Source: Auanema rhodensis (taxonomy: Eukaryota; Animalia; Nematoda). Taken from it: a stretch of 64,000 nucleotides of DNA. The notes under the pieces were generated by a model. That model made no database searches, was not told where the DNA came from, and saw nothing but the letters and a program-made list of their open reading frames with translations. A program made the translations under genes and the position numbers. The stretch lies in assembly GCA_964057225.1 (NCBI GenBank), contig OZ059895.1, positions 14,074,001 to 14,138,000 of the forward strand, written 5' to 3'. Positions 1 to 19,312 of the stretch are shown here, in pieces (positions within the stretch are counted from its first letter, which is position 1; each line of letters starts with the position of its first letter).

Positions 1-858
1 CCCTAGTATCACGAGCTGCAACTATTTCATCATCTAATAATTGTTGAAATCGAAGTTCATCATTCTTTTCAATTGTATTAATAGCATCATTCATTTTTAT
101 CTAAATTAATTGATTAAAATGCTTTAATTAATCAAATTTTGTCACTTGAATCTTACGAAAAGCTGAAATATGCTGAATAAGCTTTTCATTGCCAATGTTT
201 TTCTTCAAAACGCGCCATATTTGATCGGCTTTTCCTTCCATTTGTAATTCTTCCAAAACCTACACAAAATTATTTTTTTCTTTTATCTTTAATATTATAG
301 AAAACTTGATAATTTCCTTTTGACATATCCATACTCAATAAACGTTCCATAATATCTGGATCTACTGCTCCTTCCAAGTTGATATCTGTTAACTCGGGTT
401 TATCCCTAAAAACAAACAAAAATATTTCATTATCAACGAAACATATACAGCTTTTACCTCATTTTATCGGTTTCGACCGAATGAAATCGGGATTGATGCA
501 AAATTTTTGTTCTTGAACCCTGTAAAAGGAAAAATATCAAATTTGAATTTCATTTATATGAAGAAAATGAAAAATATGATGATGCTGATGATGATGATGA
601 TGATGATGATAAAGCAAGATGGATCAAACTAAGATTTCATTTATTTTCATCATTTCTACTAGCTGGCTTCTTAGCTCAAAATCAAAATCGTCAACTAGGT
701 TCAAATATTTTCTTTTTCATTATTAATAAAGAAAAATATTTAAGAAATATGTTAATAATGATTAAAATAAAATTGAATTAAAGTTGAAAAACATGCATAT
801 ATGAATGAAGAGAATCTTAAAAGCTCCCACCACCCCATAGCTAAGTATACGAGAGAGC

Positions 859-909
<51 letters not shown>

Positions 910-1343
910 AAGTCAATGAAGCAAACTTCCGTTATAAGTATATAAGAAGGCAAAATGGAAATGATGACTAATATTATATAATAATAATAATAATAAAATA
1001 AATAAAAATTAAATATAAAATAGTATATACTACATACATACATATGTAGTTGATGATATACAACTACTAATGAATAGCTAGAGATTGAAAATATTATAGA
1101 ATGAACAGATACAACAAAGAGGATTCTGTGAAGGAAAAACAAATTTTGAAAAGCCTTAGAGAAATAATCAAAAATATAAAATGAAATAGTAATATTTGAA
1201 AATGAAACGTCGATTTCTTTCGACCAAAACAAATGAGAAACGTTTGTTGTTTTACAAATATTTCAGATAATTTTTTTTATTATAATAATTTTATAAAATA
1301 AGTTATAATAATTTAAATATAATAAATGAATATACATATATAG

Positions 1344-1377
<34 letters not shown>

Positions 1378-3858
1378 TGAAAGAGAAATGATATGAAATG
1401 TGATGACTGATTATCTCAGAAGAAGAGAAAAATGCCCGGAGAAGAGGGGGGGGGGAGGATGTAGAAGAGGATGATCCATGTAGAAAATCGTCTCTTGTTT
1501 TATCTTTTTACATAAACTACTTTACTAATTTATAATCAAAATATCCCGAAATAAACGAAATATTTTCTTTTTTTTCCATGAAAAAGAATAGAAAAAAAGA
1601 TTTTTTTTTCAAATTCAACTTATATAACTTACCCGTCGTTGTTGAGTTTTTGGAACAAGTAGCATATTCTTAACATTAGCAACAGCTGCAGGTACACGAC
1701 CTTTCTATAAAAATTCAAATAATTTATATTAGAAATCATTAATTTTTAATTTTTAAAAATTATAATAAAATACTTTTATAATATTAAAATAAAAATATGA
1801 TAGATAGTCTTATATACATGTTATTTAATTTAAAAAAAAAAGAAAAAGAAACTTCTTCCATGAATAGCCTTACCTTATCTGTTAATTGTGCTGCTTCTGG
1901 ACATAAATGTAGTAAATAACTAATAACAGGCTCAAATCCTCTTCTAAATTATATATTTAATATTATATAATTATAATAATAATAATAATAATAATATTAC
2001 TTATATGCTAAATGAAGTGGTGTTCGACCATCCTTATCTCGACATATAGCTAAGGATTTTGAATATAATAACTGTTTAACAGTTCGTTCATCTTCAGCAT
2101 TAATTGCATCCCAAATGCCTAATATTTGTGCCTTAAAATATAAAATATATATTTATATATTAAATATTTAATTATATATATATATATATATATATAGTTT
2201 ATTATACTTGAAGTAAAGCTAATCGAGCATAGACATCTGATTGATGAGTAGGTGGTGGAGCAGCAGATAAATCTAATTCACCCTGTAATAATTATATAAA
2301 CATATAGTTAAATATGGAAAATGATATTTATATAAGTTTTTTTAATTCATAATATATCAAAATATTTATTTAATATTTTAGTTTTATCTAAATCTATCAA
2401 GTATTTACTTCATTTCTTATCTTAGATCTTCTAATTCTTAAAATTTCAGATAATCGTCTATCTCGTCATCTCATTGTTTTTCTGTTTTTATCGCATTTTA
2501 TTTGCAAAAAAATATATATATTAAGTAATAAATATTATTATTTTTATGAAATAAAATAAATTAAACTAACTTGTATAATCATATTAGTTAATGTGACTTC
2601 ATCCATTGTTGCCAAAAGGTTATCCCATTCTTGATCAAATAAAACAGGATCTAAATATTATTTAAAAAGATTAAAAATAATTATTTAATTCAAATATATT
2701 AATATAAATTGATTATTTAGTTATTTATTAAAGATTCTAAATTCATTTTTTTGTATTATTTTTATTAGAAATGCTCACATGTGTTCAGCTGACGACATCG
2801 CTCAATCTGAATAAGATCAGGATTTTGCCTCACATCCAAAGCTGTAAAACCTTCAGCATCTGTAAAAAAGAAAAGAAAATGAAAAGGATATAATGCTCTT
2901 TTCATATTATTATAAATAAATAAATATTTATTTATTTATTTATATTACTATATTAAGGAAATTAATCAAAAACATCAATACCAATAATAGAATCTTTAGC
3001 ACCGGCTTCAGTTAATAGATAATACAATGTAAGGTCTCCTTGTAATCCACTTATAGCTGCGGCATGGTGTAATGCTGTTCGACCATCCTGAAAACGGAAA
3101 AAATTGATTAAAGTGATGAAGCCCGAAAGTATTTGTTTCACAACCAGAGAGATTGACATATGACAAGCAACACTGAGAAACATAAAATAAACACATACAT
3201 TGTCCTTAGCATCAATATCTAAACTTCTAGTACTTAACAATAATTGTAAAATGATTGGATGTTCATGAATAACTGCTAGATGAAGTAATGAACTTGATGT
3301 ATTTGGATGAGAAATCTAAAGTATTTTGTGTGAAAAATAAGATTTTATAACATATATATTCACCTTATTATTACAAATAGCTAATAACTGTCTGACAGTA
3401 TTTTCATCATTTTGACATATGGCAGTTAAAAGTTGTTTCGCTTGTGAAGCATTACGGACACGTAATTTCTGTTGCTGTAATTAAACTATATATATATATA
3501 GTAAATATAATATTTTATATGAAAAATAGTTACAAATCTTATTCTTTCAGGCTTTTTCTTCATTTTTTTTTATTTGTATAGCAAAACAAAATTTTTTTAA
3601 ATATCTTAATTTCATCTGAGAATAGATTGTAATGCAAAATATCTTATGAAATCTATAGATATGTATAGATTTGCAATATATTATTATTAATAAATGAAGA
3701 ATAGTTATGGATAATCCAATGAAATGTCAACTTACAGCACTTCGTCCAGGCATATTCGGTGGTGTTCGCGGACGTTTATCAATGATAACAGCTCTACCGT
3801 ACATGGGTGAAACAGGAGTTGTAGGAGGTGGAAGCTTTCGAGCCATCGGCTTTTTCAT
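1..3858 (-). CDS. Multi-exon ankyrin-repeat protein, 3'-truncated by the window edge
   Basis: Acceptor TTTTTCAG then ATG at 3858 (MKKPMARKLPPPTTP...). Downstream GT-AG exons join in frame: QQKLRVRNASQAKQLLTAICQND..., ISHPNTSSSLLHLAVIHEHPIILQLLLSTRSLDIDAKDN, DGRTALHHAAAISG..., and ...RDKDGRTPLHLAY. These match the ankyrin consensus G-x-T-P/A-L-H-x-A. The start may lie further upstream (exon-like block ~4121-4185). Confidence 0.75.
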
Positions 3859-4680
3859 CAACACGGATCTGAAAAATCGAAACAAGTCAAGCCATAGATG
3901 CACATGTTAGTTGTATAATAAGTGAGAAAGTAAGTTCTCTGAGGAGATCAGACACTCCTCCCTGATGTAATGCTTTATTCTTTATTCATCATAGCCATGT
4001 TCATTATGAAACAAGAAAAGAAGAAGAAGAAGAAGAAGGAAGAGAAATCGAGAAGATAACAGTCATAAGAACAACTTTTTAATCAACAATGAACACATAA
4101 TTAAACATTTGATTTGATACCTATTACACGTCTACAAAGTCGATGGCGTACACTCTCTCTTGAATCACACGTTTTTCCTCCGAACTACATAATAATCGAA
4201 GAATTTATAATAAAGTATCTGAATATATAAATATAAATAAGAATAATAGAAAATTATCTTTAAAGACGATTAAATGTCAAAGAAAAGTAAATGAAATAAA
4301 AATATTTGTTTAATGAAAAGATGATTTAGAAGATGAAGCTCATCATACATAAATCAATTAATATAGTTATGACGTTATTATTGATTATTTATAAAAATAA
4401 ATAAATATTTTAAATATAATATAATCAAATATATATAGAATAAGTTAGATGTATGTATGTAGTTTGTATTCAATTATACTTTTCAAAATAAAAAAGTAGC
4501 TGAATGAAATGAAGTTTCGAATAACAATAATAATAATCGTAATCTTAATAATATAATTGAAATTTGTTTATAAATAGATTTAAAAAGAAAAAGAAAAAGA
4601 AAGGAAACTAAATTTTTATTCAAAATATATTGTTTAAGATAAAAGAAATTAATAAAATGTTTTATAGACATATGATAGAC

Positions 4681-4732
4681 TACTACTACCTGCTACTACT
4701 ACCTGCTACTACTACCTGCTACTATTACCTGC
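4681..4732. repeat. 13-bp minisatellite (TACTACTACCTGC) x4
   Basis: Read directly from the sequence; the last copy has one mismatch. Confidence 0.9.
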
Positions 4733-6056
4733 TATTGCTACATCTCTTGGGAGTTTATATATATATATATACATTAGAGGAAAAGAGACGAAAAGAGAGA
4801 ACATAGATGAGGTATAAGAGTGATATGATGGTTCTGCATACGCGTATGCCATGCTTTGTTCTCTCACTTCTATATATTATGCTGAATGTCTCATTCCATC
4901 TAACAATGACGACAATCAAAATGATTCTTTTGGGTTGATATTAAAAGAATATTGAAGGTGTTGAATAGACTAGTTGAAGATGTGAAGAAAATAGATAAGG
5001 CTTCAACATATAAATTGAAGCGAAAAAAGAAATAGAATATTAAAATAGTAGGATATATAGATAGATATAAAGAATATAAATAAATATTATTTCATTCTTC
5101 ATAGTAACTAAGAATGTTCGTGACTTATACTCATTTTTCCTTTATGTACTTATGAATAACTTAATAAAGTCAGTAAAGTTAGTAAAGTCAGTTATATACT
5201 TTAAGCAGACGCTAAGTTTTAATTCAAAATCAATCTTTCTTCAATACAAACTTTGAATAGATACAACTGAAATGGAAAAACAACCGTTCTTGATCAATTC
5301 CAAAAAGTTAATGGATTACTTCAGGTGTATGTGTGTGTGAGAGTTACGTGGAGGTAGATTATAACAGATTTATTGCATTTCTTTGTTTCTTCTCATGAGA
5401 TTCAGCTTAGTTTCGTTATAATAATGATTTTTCTATATTTGACAAATTATTAAATTCATATACATACATCTGTATGTATTATTGATATGTTTTTTTATAT
5501 TCTTAACATAATAACGAGATTATTAAATGTAAAACCTTCAGAAGAACTGCGAGAGATTTATTTGAAGATGAATGAAAATACTATATTTAGTTTTTGTCGG
5601 AAATATAGAAAAACGTTATTTTCATCAGTTTTTAATCAAATTGCGATAGCAGGAAAACGAAACCTATTGTTAATTTAATGATCAACATCATACTTTTGTT
5701 ATTTCTCTCTACTTTGGTTTAAATATGTATGAAACCTCTATAAGACCGCATATTATCTAGTTGATAGATAGCTGAAACTAATGTTCTGATTATATTACAT
5801 TTCCCATTCAAAATTTATATAATGTTGTAATTAAAACAAAGTTTCACATGTCATATGACGATTATTTTGTATGTATATTCAAAGTACAAATGCATAAAAG
5901 TTATATAATATAATGCTGTTGATATAGTTAACTTAGCACCTTCTTATCAGTAAATTTCTTTTTTCTTTTCACATTAATGTTGTTGAAAAAAATGTTCTTG
6001 GGCATAATTGATAGCAACATCTAGATGTTCCTTCGTCATTGTAATAAAAGAATGTT

Positions 6057-6069
6057 GTTGACTAGCAAC
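6057..6069. promoter_or_regulatory. Candidate X-box (RFX/DAF-19 site) upstream of kap-1
   Basis: GTTGACTAGCAAC (reverse complement GTTGCTAGTCAAC) is one mismatch from the RFX palindrome GTTGCTAGGCAAC and lies ~215 bp upstream of the ATG of a ciliary IFT motor subunit. Confidence 0.4.
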
Positions 6070-6283
6070 GGAAGAGCTTCATCCCTCTTTTGCATTCAGT
6101 TCACTCAATCTTACACGCGTCAATGTGTATGCAACTCAGACGCGTTTAATGTGCTAGCGCATATGCTGTGAAATTGTATTTACTTATGCCAACTATATCA
6201 AAGCTCGTATAGCTTTTCCTGTGCTCATAACAATAATTATTTTATTCTAGGTATGAGTGACCATTTGTAGTATAGTTTATAAG

Positions 6284-9049
6284 ATGAGGTAAGCTTATTT
6301 GTTTACGTTTTGTTTACGTTTTATTTATTTTTATTATTTTTATTAGGGAAATTGTCAGTATTGATGCTCATGCTATAGATGAAGCATTGGTAGTTCGCTA
6401 CCAAAATGGTGAAAAATCACAAATGTATGTCTTATAATCTATTTATGAACTTGATTTATTCTTATAATTTTAGGATAAATCTTAAAGATTTGAACGATGA
6501 AGTAGATATCACATCATTAGCCAATATGGTTCTCGCGAATTGTTCATTTATCCCTTCTTCTTCAAGACAGGAGCTTGAACAAGTTTTATTTTATTTACAA
6601 AAAAGGAAAAAAAGTGGAAATCGAATAGGTAATTCTTATAATGATATTTTCTTGTTACAATATAGTGTTAAGGAAGTGCATCTTCAACTGATAACACTAT
6701 GGTTGCATCTACCATCAAAGCTAGCATTGATGATGTTGAGGTTTAGTCGAATATTTTATCAAACGTTACTTTTTATATGTTTTAGTCATATATTGAAATG
6801 TTTTATGAAGATATACCTGAAAAAGTTCGTGGAACTTTGTGCATATTAGAATTAACGAAGACCAATGCATATGCTTCTGAAATAATATCGAATGGTAATT
6901 ATTGAATTCTGACAATTTCCACTTATATGTATATTATAGAAACTTTGATTGGAGCTTTAACTCGTGTATTCCGCGAGGATTGGAAAAAGAATTTTGAACT
7001 AGCTGTCAACATTGCTAGAATTTTTTTGAAACTCTCAAGCTATCATCAATTTCAATCTACTCTTGTTCATCATAAGGTATTTAAATTTAAATTTCAATAT
7101 GTATATATGTATATTTTACCAGATTGGTGCTCTTTGTGTAAACGCAATAGAATATGAATTAAAAAGAGGAGAAGCTTGGACCAAAAGTTTAGCAAGTAAT
7201 GATGAGAGAACAGCTAAAAAATGTCGCTTAGCTATTAGAAAGCAACATACTCTTCTTGCTAGTAAGCAAATCATACAATTTATATTATTTCAACTTTATT
7301 ACAGTTTGCATATCTATTTTAACAAATATGGCTAATGATCTGAATATTGAGCTTAAGATGATCCGAAGAGATTTAGTTCCTTTATTAATTCGATGTTTAC
7401 TGTAAGTTTTTGAGTTATCAAAATTAGAACTCTCTAGCTTGTTTTAGATACAGTACAACAAATGAATTACTATTATCAACTATGCAATTTTTATTAAAAT
7501 TAAGTGTGTTTGAGGAAAACAAAGTTTTGCTGGTTAGTTATATATTTCATATTCCTACCTAAAGTAAGCTTTATAGGAAACTAATACTGTGATAGATCGT
7601 CTAGTTTCATTGTTTCCTATTGAGGATGTTGAACTCAGAAAAGCGGCTATACGACTTCTTTTTAATTTATCATTCAATAGTAAAGTTCGAAGTAGAATGA
7701 TTTCAGCGGGGTTAGTAACACATATTGCTCCACTTATTCAAGGTAATCCCTTTTGTTTTTGAAATTTCAATTCATCATCATTTTCAGACGATGCTAAAGC
7801 TTTAAATTTACTATATCAGTTAAGTATAAATGATGATGCTAAGGCTATGATTACCTTCACAGATGCAATTCAACTGGTAAAATTTGCTTAGTTTTCGATG
7901 TATAGTTCTCTTGTTTAGCTGATGAGAGATTTACTTTCTGGATCCGGCAGTGATGTTACTAAAGCTATCCTTCTGAATGCTTGTGCTGAGAAACGAAATG
8001 CACAATTAGTTAGTGGAAGCAATGGCCAAGGACTTGATCTTTTAATGGAGGCAGCCATGGATAATTTAGATTTACTAGTTGCTAAAATTATTAGATCTAT
8101 TGCTGCTCATGATGGACCCACCCAAGATATGTTTGTGGTGAGTAGTTTGGAGTTCTTATGTGTATAAATAAACAAATTTTTGAAGAAATGGATGCCTCGC
8201 CTATTAAAGATAGGAATGGTTGAATCTGTACAATCCGCAGAAGAACGAGCTGCACTGGGCTTAGAATGTATTGGAATCGCAGCTCTCATTCGACCTGTAG
8301 ATTGGATAAGGTATTCTTTTTTATTCCAAGAGATTGGTTAGAATTATAAATTTTCAGGATTTGTAATGAGCTCGATCTCGTTGAGTGGATGGGTGATCAA
8401 CTACGATCATCACTCAAAGAAAGAGAACCTCTTCAACTCCAAATTGTTATTATGTGTGGAACTATGACACGTCAATTGGAAGCGGCTAGAGCTTTAGTAC
8501 CATTGCTTGATGTTTTTCTAAATCTGTTGCATAGTATATTCATATTTTAATGTTTTTTTATTACCATATATCAATTTAGCGATGCAAATCGACGATGAGT
8601 TTGTTGTTCAACTGCTTTACCTATTTCTTCAATTACTAAGACATAAGGTTTGTTTTGATCCCAATTTCCATTACAATATACTCCAATTTAAGGAATTATC
8701 TGATCGCTTAATGGGACCGCAATCAACCCTTGGAGCATATGTGATTGATCTAATGCATGACAAGAATGGTTCCATACGTGAGATGTGCTCCAATGCTTTA
8801 GTTATTATCGGGGAACATTCCCAAGATTGGGCTCGAAGAATCGCTGCTGAGCGATTCCGATGGCACAACGATCAGTGGCTAACAATGGTTGAAGGGGGCC
8901 ATCCTTTAGATATTCCCCAGGTTAACTTTAAATGTTCAATCTCAGTTATTAATTTTGTTTAGCTTGAGGATGATTATTCTGCTGAAGTTCTATTTGACGA
9001 TCAATATGATGATGGATTTGATTTGAATTCAGAAGAACCTTTGTTTTAA
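6284..9049 (+). CDS. kap-1: Kinesin-II associated protein (KAP3/KIFAP3 orthologue), ARM-repeat, many ~45-60 nt introns
   Basis: ATG AG|gtaag, then exons EIVSIDAHAIDEALVVRY, CSFIPSSSRQELEQVLFYLQKRK, ETLIGALTRVFREDWKKNFELAVNI, MQIDDEFVVQLLYLFLQLLRHK and ERFRWHNDQWL, ending ...NSEEPLF* (TAA 9047-9049). Recognised as C. elegans KAP-1/KIFAP3 motifs. Confidence 0.93.
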
Positions 9050-9280
9050 ATTCTTTATTTTCCACTTTAATATATTGTGAATATATTGTGAATATTTGTA
9101 TATAGTTTTATTCAAGTTTTACTAAGTCAACGATCTAGTCTTTCCAATCTCATTCTTGTCCATAATGGTCTCTAATAAATACTATTATCTTCAAAATTCA
9201 TTCTTACTATCGAAGTGTATTATACGCTTTCAAATATTTCTATTTGTTTCACTATGTTCTTATTGAAATACTTGTTTTAG

Positions 9281-11140
9281 ATGTTAAACCTATCTTGGTT
9301 ACTGTCATCCGCCCAGCATCCTCAGGGAAAGCAGGGTTTGATGGCTTCGGCCATTTGTTTTGGTTGTATCTTAGTACAAGGGTATTGTGTTTCTGCTAGT
9401 CACTCAATTGGTAAACTTAAATATTTAATATATTTTCATTTCGAACCCTTTTTCAGTTTTAATGTTGTCACTTTGGATATCTGTTTTTGCTTTGTGTTCT
9501 ATTTTATCAGCATTATATTCGATGACTATCACCCACAAACCAATGGAGAAATTTAGCTATGGTTTAGCTAGAGTACCAGTTTTAGCTGTTTTTAGTACTA
9601 CTGTAACTATATTTTCTCTTAATTTATATGTTAGATTTCCCCTTCTAGGTGCTTGCACAATTGTTTTCAATTTTTTTGTCGAAAGAATCGTTTGAACATC
9701 TCTTAGCCCCTGGTCATCATGGATCTCATGACGCCAATGCTGCACATGAGCACGAACCTGATGATATTGGTTTGTTCTCAAAACAAAAATTATTAAATCT
9801 TTTCTGTTTCAGGAGGTTGGCCTTACTACGTTGGTGCTCTCTGCTCCTCGATTGCTTTACTTTTATCCGCTTATTCATTGAAAAACCAGCCATTCCAGCA
9901 TGTATTAACATCTGCTTCCAGCTCTAGTCTTCAGGTAGTTCGAGCGTACCGTTCTTAAAAATATGCTTTTCCATTTTAGGAGCATGCTGCTGACTTATCT
10001 CAAGCGTTATGCTGGATAATTCCTGGTTTATCTCGTTTGTTACTTCCTAGAATTAATGCTATGGTTCTATTGGCCGGATGTACAACTTCTCTTCATTTCT
10101 TGTGTGAGCATTTCCGGTAAGCTTTTAAATGATTTTTAAAACATTTTAAATCTGGAGTTTAGTCATGACTTTGCTTGGGCTGATCCAGTTTGTTGTCTAA
10201 TTCTATCAATTGCTGTCTTCTCGACGATGTGGCCCTTGTCTACATATACTGGTATGATTCTCCTACAAACAGCTCCACCACATTTATTGAATCAGCTTGA
10301 TCGGTTAGTGGTTTTAGTTCGAACTTCATGAAGTAAAACATTTTTTAAGAGTTATTTCCGAAGCTTCAACCATCGATGGTATCTTAGAAATCAGAGCAGG
10401 ACATTTCTGGCAATTAGATTTTTCTCAATTGGTTAGTGTTTATGCGTAAATATTTGAATATTTAAGTTTTCTTAGGTTGGAACTGTTGACGCCAGAGTAC
10501 GTAGAGATGCTGATGAACAGCGTGTGCTCACTTTGGTTACTGAAAAACTGTCATCTATCGTACATGTTCTTACTGTTCAGGTAATTAAATTAAATTATTT
10601 TATTTATATCTCACATGTTTAGGTTGTAAAAGATGCTTCTACTTGGCAAGCTCATGATGCTGCTCCTGTGAAACATGTTAGTTTCTATAATTTATTTGCA
10701 AATCACTGTTTTGACAACAAAAAATACAAATTTGAACTTGTATGTTATAGGAATATGACAATGGACATTCCAACAAGGGACACGGACACGGACATAGTCA
10801 TGACGATGGACATGGTCACGGACATTCACATGATGGAGGTAAATCATGTTTACAGCAATCAGATGGAACGCAATTTCAATAAATTCCTAAAATTCCGTTC
10901 AATTCAGTGCTTGTTCATTTGAATTATAGTTTTAAGTTCTGCTTTAAAACATTTTTTCTAGGATGTGACTCTCATGAACATTCGAACCATGGACATTCTC
11001 ACAGCCAAGACTATTCAATCCCAGCTGCAGCCGCTTATCCTCCCGAAAATGCCTACGGAGCTGCTCATCACGATCATTCTCACTCTTCTGGAAATTTAGG
11101 AAATCATGGACATAGTCATGGCGAAGTAACTTATCATTAA
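9281..11140 (+). CDS. toc-1: Cation diffusion facilitator (SLC30/ZnT-type) transporter with His-rich C-terminus
   Basis: ATG immediately after acceptor TTTTAG. Exons include FSYGLARVPVLAVFSTTV, LAQLFSIFLSKESFEHLL, MILLQTAPPHLLNQLDR, HFWQLDFS and VGTVDARVRRDADEQRVL. A GHGHGHSH-rich tail ends ...HGEVTYH* at 11140. Lies directly upstream of clk-1, as toc-1 does in C. elegans. Confidence 0.88.
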
Positions 11141-11403
11141 ATGAAAGATCTTAAAACAAATACAACGTTGACTAGCATTTGTATATATTTCTACTTCCAT
11201 TCGAGTCATTAATATTATTTTTTAATTTATTGGGTGTTAATTTTTTTCTGTGATGGTATTTATTTCATGGTTGTTGGTTATTGTTTCATAAAACAATTTT
11301 CTGCTTTAATCGCATAATTCCTTTGAAAAAGTTATTTGGTCCTATACAATACTTAATTGTTTGTTTTTTTGAGAATATTTTTGATCTTTTAATAGTTTCA
11401 AAT

Positions 11404-12114
11404 ATGATGATGAATCGGGTATTCATGCGCATGGCTTCAACATCTGCTCAACGAAAAGCTTTGATTGAAAAAATCATCAGAGTTGATCATGCGGGAGAAC
11501 TTGGAGCAGATCGAATTTATGCTGGACAAATGGCTGTCTTAAATGGTTCTTTTAACTGAAAATAACCTATGAACATTCCTTGTTAGGTTCTTCTGTTGGT
11601 TCCATAATTCAAAAGATGTGGGATGAAGAGAAAGAACATCTTGATACGATGGAACGTCTTGCTGCTAAACATGAAGTTCCTCATACAGTATTCTCTCCTG
11701 TCTTCAGTGTTGCAGCTTTTGCCCTAGGTTTTCAATGACTTGGTTTCGGTTTTTCTTTCGAACTGTCGAAATGTTTAGGAGTGGGATCAGCTATGTTGGG
11801 CAAAACAGGTGCAATGGCTTGTACTATTGCAGTAGAAGAGTTAATAGGCCAGCATTATAATAACCAATTAAAAGGTTTGAAGATCGTAAAGCATTTTATC
11901 CAATATATCTCATTCTTCTATAGAATTGCTTGCTGATGATCCAGAAGCTCACAAAGAATTATTGCAAACTTTGACAAGATTACGCGACGAAGAATTAGAG
12001 CATCATGACACAGGAATAAAGCATGATGGCCTTAAAGCTCCGATGTATGAAGCTCTAAAGTTTGCTATCCAGACTGGATGTAAAGGTGCCATTTACATAG
12101 CAGAGAGAGTTTAA
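11404..12114 (+). CDS. clk-1: Demethoxyubiquinone hydroxylase COQ7 (di-iron carboxylate), 4 exons
   Basis: [28 protein letters not shown]...[19 protein letters not shown]...[21 protein letters not shown]...[12 protein letters not shown]...[15 protein letters not shown]; the ExxH motifs are intact. Confidence 0.97.
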
Positions 12115-12539
12115 ACATCGGGGGAGTTGTAGTATTAGATTAGTTAATTTATATCAGTTTTATGCTGTTGTGAATATTTGTAAATAATTTTTTCATGTTC
12201 TTTTTGTGTAATTTTGGTAATTTTCTCTCAAAAATTGCAAATTTAAGCTGTGAAACTATTTTTTGTTTGTGTTTTTTCGAGTTTCTTATGATTATTCTTG
12301 AAAACATATGAAATAGACGATTCCAACAATACAAGTTTATCGATTCGATGTGATACAAACTGATAATAGCAAATAGCAGGCAGGCAAGCTTAGCGCAGTT
12401 TATAAAATGTTTACGGGAGTAAAATGATGCACAGAAACCGACGACTGGGGATATATCGTGGTTCAAATCAATGCTAGTAAGACAAAAATAGTTCTATCGG
12501 GGAACGTTCTAATGAGATCATTTGGATGAAGTGAAGCTC

Positions 12540-19312
<6,773 letters not shown>

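Larger units (their letters stand above)
6284..12114 (+). other. Probable trans-spliced operon kap-1 / toc-1 / clk-1
   Basis: Three co-oriented genes with stop-to-ATG gaps of 231 and 263 bp. AATAAA at ~9174 lies ~100 bp before the toc-1 acceptor (9280), across a U-rich spacer, which is typical operon intercistronic geometry. Confidence 0.7.
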
